Shown here piece after piece: positions 53,453-64,000 of a stretch of 64,000 nt of DNA. Under the pieces are notes generated by a model that made no database searches, was not told the origin of the DNA, and saw only the letters and a list, made by a program, of their open reading frames with translations. The stretch is from positions 1,589,595-1,653,594 of the forward strand of contig JBNZDD010013687.1 of assembly GCA_050575255.1 (NCBI GenBank), written 5' to 3'. The stretch comes from Harriotta raleighana. Its lineage: Eukaryota. Each line of letters opens with the position of its first letter. Position 1 is the first letter of the stretch. The translations under genes were made by a program, and so were the position numbers.

Positions 53453-55526
53453 ACACCAGGAAAACAGGATAGGGATCAGTATATACATTTACACAGTGAC
53501 AGATGTTTGTCTGTAAGATTCAGTGAAAGGAAACAAAATAAGCTATTTGAACTATCAAAATATTGGCCAAATGACAAGAGAGGAAAGAAAGGAAGTTTTA
53601 GGATTCATTATCCTGGAGTTCAATGGGAGAAGGGAGTATGTTTCTATATTTCTAGATTGGCTCACATAAGTATTCTCACCTCCCCCTCCTCATCAAACAC
53701 ACACACACTATTCATAATAAACTAGCAACAAAAACAACAACATTGAAGCAGCATTGTTAAAACTCAAAAGGATAAGTGAAATAGAAGAATTTTAAGATGT
53801 CGTATTGTGCTTTGTATGCAATAGCATTAACAACAACAACAAAATTGCATTTATAGAGCGCGTTTCATGTCAGGAGGACGTCCCAAGGCGCTGAAATACA
53901 GTAGTCTTGTTGAGCAGGTCCATTTTGCGTACTTAGATTATTACAGGGAAGTTATGAGCAGCCATTATCTGAGCCCCAGTATTTTTTTATTGCTTCCTTG
54001 AAACCACAAGTTTACAACATACACAGTCTAAGATTTGTATCTGTGGATCTGTATTCTCTATCCTTGCTGGTAGCCTTAATCAATGTGCTGCACGTCCTTC
54101 ACATGTAATAGTGTGGACACAAGAGGACTGACACCATTAAAGTGAAAGCTAATTTTGAGAAATAATGAACTCTAAGCTGGGAAATGTTTTGGCTATTTAT
54201 CAATTATATAATTATAAGCAAAGGAGATGAAAATAGACAGAATTACTGTGAAGAGATAGACAGCATCTCCAAAATACGTAAGTTTGCAAGAAATGGATAA
54301 TGAGTATGAGTCAAAATGTTTGAAGGACTATGATAGAGATCGTGTTACGTTCTTCAAGGAGTTTGTTTGATAGCCTCATGTCTTGGTAAGTTTAATCATC
54401 ATGGTTTCTTTCCTTCCATTCAACCCAAAACATGTTAATTCTGTAGCAGAATAAATCTAGAATTTAAAAAATCAGATTTCAAATGTTGTCTGTCCAGTTG
54501 TTGGTTTGTACTTTCACTTAAGTGAGATTCTATTATATGGTAATATCATACTTGTAACATTTGCAGTTTAATATTTTCCAACACTATCATAATTTCACCA
54601 TTTCAGTACTATTAGAATAGTTTTATAATAAGTGCCAAATACTTATATAGGCTTCTCTTTATATTGATTTCTATGGGAGTAACATGCTTATATTAACATT
54701 TAGTCAGCTGAGCAAACAGCAACTCTGTACATGTCTACACAGCAAATCTTGTAAACCTGTGCTCAATATAGTTTATTAAATGCGTTCTTTTGTGACATTT
54801 TGCAAATAAAGATCATAGTGAAACGGCTGGAATTTAACAAAGACCAACAAAATTATGTAGCAAAACAAATAAATCCTAAAAAGCTCATAGCAGATAAAGT
54901 GAGCTTTAACTTCAGCTTCAAAGCAACCTCCACCAGCCAGCTTAGAATTTCCACATTTGCATGGTTAGGGTTTAAGGAAATGTTTCTGAACTCAGACTCT
55001 GATAACCTCAAGAATGCAGCCTTTCAAACTCTGATACATGCATCAAAATGTATTCATTTTGTTTATAGGCTTAGAACTATTTGGTGCCTTAAATACGCTG
55101 CTGCCTTTAATGCAGTTTCTACACCCATAATAAGCAATTCTCTGCCTTATGATGTAAAAATCGCTCTGTTTGCTGACTGGTGCCATAGATGAATCCATGG
55201 GTAGCTGTACTAAAAATGCAGCAGATAGACTCAACTCCTCACACACTTGCAGATATATTCACAGCCTGGATTCCTCTCTTTCACCAGCATTCCAGTAGTG
55301 CTGTCATAGTTTTTTTTTAAATATGCAGAACAAAAATGCTTAAAAATATATAAATGGGAAATGTCCACATGGCAGAACTAACTGAAGACTGCTGATGATC
55401 AAAGAGGCAGAAAGTTGCCATAGCACCAAAAACTAACTCAGATGTTCCAATATGCCTTTTATAGCTGAGAATTTATAAATGTATGTGTAAATGTATATAC
55501 TGATCCCTATCCTGTTTTCCTGGTGT
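53453..55526. repeat. Perfect 43-bp inverted repeat pair (53453-53495, 55484-55526) bracketing ~2 kb
   Basis: acaccaggaaaacaggatagggatcagtatatacatttacaca and its exact reverse complement, checked base by base. Confidence 0.95.
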
Positions 55527-55619
55527 GTTTGCCACTAATAGTTCTTAGTGCTTAATGCTTCCTTTCTTAGTCCAGCTTCTGCCCTGCCACTGTACAGAGA
55601 CAGCAGTGGAGGGATTTGA

Positions 55620-56220
55620 ACAGAAGAGTGAGGATCTTGAAGTCGATCAGCTCTGTGATAGGGAGCCAGTGTAGTTTGGCATAAATCGGGATAATTGTGG
55701 TATGAAGTTCAGCACAGATTAAAATGTGGGTGGTAGAGTTTTGGATGAATTGAATTTTGTTGATGGTGGAAGAGGGGAGACAGGTGAGGAGGGTGTTGGA
55801 GTATCAATCAATCAAAATTACATTTAGCGCCTTTCACATTGGGAGGATGCCCCAAGGCGCTGTACAATCAAGTAGGGATCAGAGTGGGGGGGAGGAGGGG
55901 GGGGGGTCGGGGGAAGGACAGTAGGAAAAAATTGACTGTATATTTGTTGGTGAAACGCGGCAGCCAAATTGCACACAGCAGTGTCCCATACACAGTCATA
56001 GAAGTGGGGTATGGGGAGAAAGGGAGAAAAGATGGCAAGGGAAGGGGTCGGGGTAGGGGAAAGGAGAGCAGGAGAAAAAAACTGTATATTTGTGGACCAG
56101 TCAAGAGATGACAAAGGCATGGACCTGGGTTTCGGCAGCTTTTGGGGTGAAGTATTAATGGAGACGGGCAATGTGGCAGAGATGGAATAAAGCTGTGCTG
56201 TTAAGGGACTGGATGTGGAA
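55620..56220 (-). mobile_element. Old L2 ORF2 fragment interrupted by a younger L2 tail plus SINE body fragment (~55805-56092)
   Basis: gtgaggatcttgaa...gggagccagtgtag...gagttttggatga (55629-55748) resumes as gatgacaaaggcatgga...ggagacgggcaatgt (56107-56175); the insert has gggaggatgccccaaggcgctg and ggcagccaaattgcacacagcagtgtccc. Confidence 0.7.
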
Positions 56221-58428
56221 ATAAATTGGAAGGATTACACTCTGCTGTTCATCCATTTCAACATCAAGTTGGATGTTTTCCAAGTCATGAATGATGTGAT
56301 GATAACTTATCACATAGCAATAAATAGTAACCACAACTAGACCACAAAATGAATTTTGTATATAAATATAGCTTATTTGTAGAACATCATAGTATAGTGA
56401 GAACTTGCAGTCTCACAGAACCTAGACTGAAAATTGACAGCGGTTCAAAATAAGGTACTGTATTCAATAATTTCGACATTGAAGTAAGGACACATTCCAC
56501 TCCTGCCCATTCATCCAATAAATGTTAACAAATGCCTCATAAAAGTACTTATTCTTGGATATGAGCTGTAAAAGTTACACAACAATTGGCAAACATAATT
56601 AAAGGTTTACTCTCTTTTCACCATGTACAGATTGAACTAGACATCGATAATTCCATTCCATTATTTTTCCTACTTACTTGTATCATTTTTAACACAACAT
56701 TTAGACAGTTGAAGATCATCAGTAAACACCTCGATATTAGATGTTCACATGAGGAATCGAACAACGGTATCCATGCAATCCTTCTTGTCAAACCTTGTAA
56801 AGAAGTGTTCACACTATCTTGACAGACTTCAGAGTCAGCATAGTGCACTGAGCAACGATAACTATGCTGCCTCAGGGTGTTATGAATCTGTTTCTTCTTT
56901 TGCATCGTTTGACTGCATCATCTATTCCCATTGCAGAAGGTGCCTCTGAAGGATGGCAGAGTGGTAAAATGCTTATTCACGCCCATTATCCTCCATAGAC
57001 CGACTTTCCAATATAAGCTGCAGGCTGGTGCTGAGCAGGGTCTCTCTGCAGTGAGAGAGGAAATTTGAGGATGAGGCACCTAGGGCTGATTCACATCTTA
57101 GCCACTTTCAAAGATCAAGCGTAGGAAGTGAAGGTCATCCATCTCCCCACTATATTGTGCATGTGTGTGGTGGAAGGGGGGGCGTGGAGAGGGAGAGATA
57201 CATGGTCTACAATTGGCCGGGGGATTTTTTTTAAAATTACCTAATAAATCTAAGCGTATATATTTGCTGGGAGGGGGAATGGCTGGAGAGAAATCTAAAA
57301 TAGGTAACTTGGAGATATGGATGCGAAGAGGATCAAAACTGTATTGAACACGTTATTTGAAACAGAAGGATGAGAGGAAAGTTTGTTGGACTGAACAGAG
57401 CTATAGGAAATATGAAGCGCTTTGAGATGTCCCGAAGACATGATAAGACCCTATATCAAATGTTAGGGTTATCTTTTATTGATAGGAGATCTGTAGGTGG
57501 ATTTAATGAAGAGTCAGACAACGAACTTGCAACTGCAGAAAATATCGAACATGTTTGAGAGGAAAGTAGATAAAAAGCAACAAACATAATGCTGTTCCTA
57601 TTTCCCTTAGGTTTGGAGACCAGTAACAGGCCTTACATGGAATTCAAGGCTCAATGCTAATTCAGTCTAAATATAAGTTCTTCAGACAACTCCTTAATCA
57701 CAGTTATATTCCCAAACAACCGATAGACATTTGGCGTTTCATGACAAATTTGACTGTGGGGACGAATAAGACAAAAGAAACTGCAGTCGAGGTTCCCCCC
57801 ATACATTCTCCAGCAGTCAGCTGAGTATCACTGTGCAGGTTTAGGGAATGGGTTGCATTCTCCTCCCTCTGTTTGCAAGAGGCCCTTATTATAAGAAATA
57901 TCCCGTAGACCATTTTCCTATTTTAATTTCCTCTGTCAATTCCCTCCAGAATTCACGCAGAGGATGCATGACAATGCCTTCCAAGCACAGTGGTGAATGG
58001 GACTCGCTGGCAGTAGATGGAGACACTGTTTGGAATGTAATCAATTGGGATAAAGAATGTCCTCAGGCGTTGTATTCCCCCTTAGGTGTCATGTAGCAAT
58101 GCTCTGGGAAGGGGTAATATGATTTTGCACATACCACCCTGCTGAGATGCTGCTGTGCCAAGGTGCGGAGTCAGAACCAGATGCTTTCTCATTGGGAGCA
58201 AATGGGGAGGGGATGTTGAAGTCAGTAGTAGAACTGTCAACAGACATCTCAATGAGAAGTCGTCCTTCTATACTCCCACTTCCATGAATCCTGAATCAAA
58301 GGAGGGGCAAATACATCAGCCCTTCTTGGTTCCACGATTGAGGGTAGGTGCTAAAGAGATTTTCGCAGCGAACCCTACGTGTGAATTGCTCCGTTCTCCC
58401 TGCAGGAAAACAGACCATTTCGGCACCG

Positions 58429-58975
58429 AACAACAACAACAAAATTACATTGACAGAATGCCTTTCAGATCGGGAGGACGTCCCAAGGCCCTGAACAGTC
58501 GGGTCGGGACCCGAGCAAGGAGGAGGGGCAGGGTAGGGGGGAAGGGTGGGAGAGAGTCGGAAGAGGAGAGAGAGAGTTGGGAGGGTGACAAAAGGCATAA
58601 TCGAAGAGGAGGCAAGGGAGGAAGTGAGGTAAAGGGACTGTGGGATGGAGTTCCAGTGTGTGGGGCTATGTGGGGGATATGGAGCAGACCAGAGCCTGCT
58701 GAACTGAGGGGGTGGGCAAGTTCATAGGGAGGCAGTAGGTTGGACAGATAGTAGGGGGCAAGGCCATGAAGGACTTGAATGTGAGGACGAGGATCTTGAA
58801 TTGGATCCTCTGTGGGATGGGGAACCGATGGGTGAGGGTAGGAGGGATATGGTCGTGGACTTTAGTGCGGGAGAGGACACGAGCTGCAGAGTTCTGGATG
58901 ATCTGCAGTTTGTGAAGGGAAGAGCCAGGGAGGGAGTATCCATGTGAAGCGATGTTCCGGCAGGAGCGGAGAAAT
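58429..58975 (-). mobile_element. L2-clade LINE 3' fragment (end of ORF2 + 3'UTR + (TTG)n tail)
   Basis: Minus translation LHKLQIIQNSAARVLSRTKVHDHIPPTL..PIPQRIQFKILVLTFK is typical of the L2 ORF2 C-terminal region; tail ttgggacgtcctcccga..tgaaaggc...ttgttgttgtt. Confidence 0.88.
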
Positions 58976-60844
58976 TTCAATCCTATCCAGAAGAGAACCA
59001 GGACGGCAACTGGAGGGAGATTGGAAGCAATGCTGGTCACATATTTATATCTGAGCAGCCTAAGCAGTGTGGTGTGAACCACATATATGTACATGCGAGT
59101 ATCGGTCAAAAGGTTAAGAGTGGTCTGGCCACCGTTTTGGAAGCCTGGTTTGACAGGATCTGACTGTTACTATGGCAGCACTAAATTGTTAGACCAATCT
59201 ACCTCATTCTCTTCACATTGGCCTTATGATACTCATTGGACCCAATCTCCAATCATGTGAACTACAGTACATTACACTGTACAGTAAAGGCATTGCAATT
59301 CCTAAGTAACTTTTGTTTAATTTATTTCTGTCTTAAACTTGTATTAAACAGATCTTTTATTTTAAAAAATGGTATTTCTTAGATCAACTGAGAGACCCCA
59401 ATTACAGTGTACCTTGTAGTTTGCTCCTCAGAGGGTCATAACAAAGTTCAGAGTGGAACACTTAAGAGTATGGTTTCAGCTATCTGGATTCAACTTAACT
59501 GAGTCACAGAATTAATAACTAGTAAGGAATAAGCGTCATCTGTCACATCTTTCTAGCTTTGAAGGGGCCCATTCATGGATTGGCTTGCCAAAGAAAGGAA
59601 CAATTTAAAGTTAGTCTAATCCTGCCATATATTTACGGTTGAAAGAAACTTGGCTGGCATGTGGTTTAATGATGAATATGCATTGTTCCATAGGTGTAGA
59701 CTACACAGAAGAATACACTACCTTCAAAGAGGGTCAGCCTTCATGAAACATTGTATGCCATTTTTTTTCTTGGGGGGATGGGGAAAAGGAGAAATGGGTA
59801 AAAGTTTTGTTGCAATCATTATACTGCCATGCACAAATTTTGGCTGATGAATACGCAAGTGATATATATAGGAATGCAAATTTACGTCTTTGGAAACAAA
59901 GCAACACAATGTTTGACAGTCCAAAAGGATTTAAATTGTGATAGTCACACGCTAAGTTTGTTGAGTTAACCAGTTTGAAAATTGTGAATCCCACGTAGAC
60001 AAAAGAAAATGTTTGCAGCAGGCGTTTTGCCTCTAGTCTTTACTCCCCCTTGTTTTAGCTGCACTCTTTGGTACAAACCATAAGCAGCAAACCAGAAATG
60101 TCAACATAGTTTGAAAATATCACAAAATTGGATTTCTACAAGTCTACCTGTCCTAAAAACTGCTCCTTGTACTTTATTTTGCTGGTTTGCACAAGAATTA
60201 ATTTTCCAAAGACACAATAGAGGCCTCAGACTCTGTATCCGCATGCATATGTTATCTCTTTCTATACATTGTATATATATATGTATAGTTTATATATCTA
60301 TATATATATATAAGCACACTCCAAGAATTTTTCAGTAGCATTATTTATGTTCTGCTTTTAATGGAGAACGTCTGGACAATTTACATGCTGAAGTGCAATG
60401 TAATCATAATGGAATTTTGTTTGGTCTGTTCATAATTTGTGCAGTCTTCACATGATCCAGTCACTTCTTTTAAACCTGGAATTTCAGGGTATGCAACTCG
60501 TTCCATTCTTTGAACAGACAGGTGAAAGCACCAAGAACCCCAATGTAATGTCGAATTGCTTTCCGGGATGTCTTGAAAAGTGTATGACCTTTACGAATGA
60601 ATTGTTTGGCAAACTTTTGTTTTTTGGTTGTGGGTGGGGGGGAAGAAGGGTGCACAAAAAAACAAAGAAGCCACATGTCCTTTTAATCCCAGTGACACCT
60701 TCAGCAAGTGGTATAATTCACTTCCTTACTTCAAAGGTTTGTGAAAGAAAGGTAAAGACCTGACTGTGGTCATCGCAACCTTCCTTTCTCCCTGCCTGTC
60801 TGCCAGTGCTGGGGTATGATTCGATAGCTGCCCTCCAGTAAAAT

Positions 60845-61122
60845 TGACCATGTGGCGATTCTTCAGTGTGGGAATCCAGACAGCAAGTATCCACAGGCTA
60901 TTCGATCAGTCTGGTCCTCCCCAGTCGCCTACAAACATGCACTTTTCAGCAGAGGTCACTGGATAGAGATCAGAAGCAGGAAGCTTGCCTGATTTTCTTT
61001 CCCCTCCCTAGCCTAGGGGCAATAGAGCCAACTGCAGTCTTAGTTGAATCAGTACATACTGGGGATCGAATCAGGACAGTATGGTTCATGTTCACAATGA
61101 CTTTATCAACTAAGTCATCAAA
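60845..61122 (-). mobile_element. Old SINE-like repeat of a second family (related fragments ~48280-48520 and the arms at 52359-52518 / 52981-53134)
   Basis: Shared core ctg.ctgatttt...ccctccctagcc.aggggca.tgaggc.aa.tg.ag and B-box-like ggggatcgaa; family name not assigned. Confidence 0.55.
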
Positions 61123-64000
61123 AGAACCCCTCAAGATTTAAGATGCAATCCCCTCCTCCCATTTTAATTCATAATTTCACCCCCTCTTTCTAGGCCTCCA
61201 TCAGTCACATACTTGTTTCCAACTTCTGCCAATACCAACCTTGAATCAGTCAATAAGTATGCAAAAATAGGCCAAGAGACATTCCCAGGGGTAAGCACCT
61301 GGCCTCCCTAATAGCAGGATTTAGATTGGAAACTCGATGCATTAATTACAAGCAAGGCCGGGTGCCCTGACGCACAGCAACACAGAATTACTGAAAAGGA
61401 GTTCATTTTTACAACCTTTTGTTTTGATTGGTGCCGCAGTTGTGCTGAATGAAAAACTTTGAAAAATGCTAAAGTGCAGAGCAGTTTTTACACAAAGTGC
61501 TTAAAGGGACAATTATGTGAAACACAAATTGCAATGATGTCAGAACAAGAAAAATATATTGAAAACTCCATTAAACATGGCTCTACAAAAGACAAATCTG
61601 TAACCTACTTAAAAACACACAGACTGGGCATTTGGCAAAAATAAGAGGTACTTTGCCTCCAAGGCCAACTATGCTCACTGTGCTGGCTGAAAAAGTCAAA
61701 TCGCTTCCCTTCTTTTGTACATGACAAATACAGATCTTAGTTCTTTTAGAGTTTTATAGCAGTTTGGACAGTACAAAGCCCTTTCCTTGCTTTTTTCTCT
61801 TCTAAAGACTGCTGACAAAACATGTATTGTGCGATTACCAAGACTTGTAGTCATATATCAGTGGTCAGGGCAGTTTTAGAGGTTGCTCAAAACAACCAAT
61901 TAAAGCTCGTAACTTTTTTTTTTTAAAAATTGCCTGGCAAACTGTTTCTTATCCTGGGTGACCGAGCACATGAGACTAGCTGTTGTAAGAGGCTGTGTTA
62001 GGGGCTCCATTCTCAAAGCAATGGTCAAGGAATGTTACCATTACGTGATTAATACCTGTTTATTTTTAGGGCTTGAACTAGAAGGCCATTTCAAGGCCAC
62101 TGCAAGATGATATCTGCATAATCTGTGAGTGCCTTGCACGTTTACAACCTTTCCTCTGACATCTGGGACCTGGCTGATGTCCTCGGAGGCTATTAAAAAG
62201 TGCCAAATAAATTCACAAACAGGATACACAGACCTGTTTACAGAAAGGAGCAAGAAAAGGAAAACTTCAGGAAGTTGTCCTCTGGAGTGACCAATGAATC
62301 GGTTAAACTCTCCTCCATCATGCATTTTAAACTGAGTTCAAAAGTGCTACCACAGACTCTTGGGGCCAAGGAGCAGTCTTCACTGCCCCCTAGCATCTGT
62401 GTTGTCAGGATTAAGGAGGGATTAAAGAATTTCAACAGAGAACACGAGACACCTTACAAAGAACTCAGGAGGCAGGAGCTGCCCTTTGCAGGACTGCTGT
62501 GTATCAGCTGAGCCAACTAGGTACATAATGCGGACATACAATGTAATTTAGCACAGCGAATTCCATAGGGAAGTGGCCTTGGGTTCTGTCTTTTTGGATG
62601 ACAAGCAAGGAATTACTCGTTCACTTCACAGAACCTGGCTAGGACACAAGTCCTGAATATTAATCTCCAGTCAGAACTGCAGGGAGGCGTTTCCAAATTT
62701 TGCTTCATGCATCTTAAAAAGTATTACAAAGCATTGAACAGTAACTGCAGGGTTCTTTTCAAACTTTGAAATGATGATAATGGATTAGATTTGATGAGTG
62801 GGTCATCATTTGAATGATCTTGCTATCTGTGAAGCCACAAAAAACGCCTATGTTAACATTCATGTATTTAAAACTGCAATTTCATTTGTTTAAAAAGTCA
62901 ATACATGATTGCATCATATCTGAGACCAGGAAATATAAAGGGAGCTCAGACTGTGAAAAAGTTATTTCAGTCTACTTATAAAAAATATATAAAGCCCACA
63001 TAACCAAATCCAACACGGCTGTTACTCAGATGTTAATGCATGATTGAAACACTCTACCTCGTACTATTAAAATGTTGGCAATGTTTTGTTTCTTAACACT
63101 GCTGTTGACCAATTGCTCCTCTTCTGAGCTCTGATGCACATCTCCTGGCATTCCAAAGCCCACAGAGACAAGTGAAGGATTCCAATGCTTTTCTAGCTTA
63201 CTGGCAGAGAACAACCCAGCAAACTGTTATCAGAGCACTATCAGCAAATCTGATCTGAGAGGTCAGTTTGCATTATTTGAAAAGTGTCTTGATAATTTTA
63301 AACAGAGTTGGCCTTGCTAGGCCACAAACTACGGCCTCTGCCCAAAACAGCAATCTGAGACAGAATGATTAAAATAAGGAGGCGATAAAACAAAAGGAAC
63401 ATAAATTAGATTGCACAGTGAAAGCAGGTGATCGAGGGAACAATTCCCATGAGAATAATATTTGTAGAATTCTACCTGAGGCGGCAGAAGATAGTGCAAA
63501 AATACCCTTCTTTCAAAACTGGTTTCAAGATAAACCAGAGCTTAGCTTTGATCTGCCACTGAGTTTGAGCGAGTTCACCATATTTTCAAGCAAGAATCTG
63601 TAGGTCAGAGGCTTTGCAACTGAACTGTGAATATCCTTCACTTTTGTAAGAGGCTGCTCGTTGGAAAGCAATGGAACTAAGTGGCTATTTTTGGCCACAA
63701 AATACAATCTACACCTACTGGCATTTCAACCAACGTTCCAACCTTCCTGGATTGATCTGTGGAGGTTTGCGAGTAATGGCAAATAAATGAGCCCCGATTC
63801 AGACGTGAGTTAGAAGTTACAACCTGCAGTTTGCACAAAGTCCTAAACAATAATGATGGATTCTCTAATTAGCAAATAATCAGAAGAGCAGATCAAAAAT
63901 AAGGGTCATCTTCCATAATCAATTGCAACACTTATAGTTTATAAAATGGAAAATCAAGCAACTTCAGGAAAATAATGTACTGTACTTTTACGAGAAGATT

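Larger units (their letters stand above)
45019..64000 (-). other. cdin1: Large last intron of cdin1 (penultimate exon outside the window)
   Basis: No WIESKASFGD...YWNR-encoding exon seen on the minus strand by eye. Confidence 0.7.

Noticed and set aside
58155-59109. 190-aa, 147-aa and 100-aa ORFs
   Set aside because: They overlap a decayed L2 LINE fragment; the only real homology is frameshifted L2 ORF2.
1-64000. Remaining short ORF-track entries
   Set aside because: Composition reflects AT-rich, low-complexity or TE DNA; many use non-ATG starts; none has splice support or resembles a known family.

Overview
Vertebrate genomic DNA; the repeat families suggest a cartilaginous fish, possibly the elephant shark Callorhinchus milii (inference). 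Two genes converge tail-to-tail. On the + strand are the last coding exons and 3'UTR of meis2 (TALE homeobox; exons at 18974-19032, 20834/20855-20944 and 23700-23986), with positions 1-18973 being the distal part of a long intron. On the - strand are the last coding exon (44865-45018) and 3'UTR of cdin1/C15orf41, with 45019-64000 inside its large last intron. This matches the known MEIS2-CDIN1 synteny. The rest comprises candidate conserved enhancers, a CpG-enriched TE-poor domain just 3' of meis2, tRNA-SINEs, L2/CR1 LINE fragments, a mariner-type MITE, microsatellites, two N-gaps and two single-N overlap artefacts. The most interesting signal is the meis2 3' end, which looks like a multi-way C-terminus switch: (i) a GC donor whose read-through encodes a 29-aa tail with its stop inside an AATAAA; (ii) tandem acceptors 21 nt apart; (iii) a cassette exon probably hidden in the N-gap; (iv) a candidate 31-nt micro-exon that would shift the last exon into a fully open second reading frame ending just after the normal stop. 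No other ORF-track entry looks like a real host gene, and I see no prokaryote-type system.
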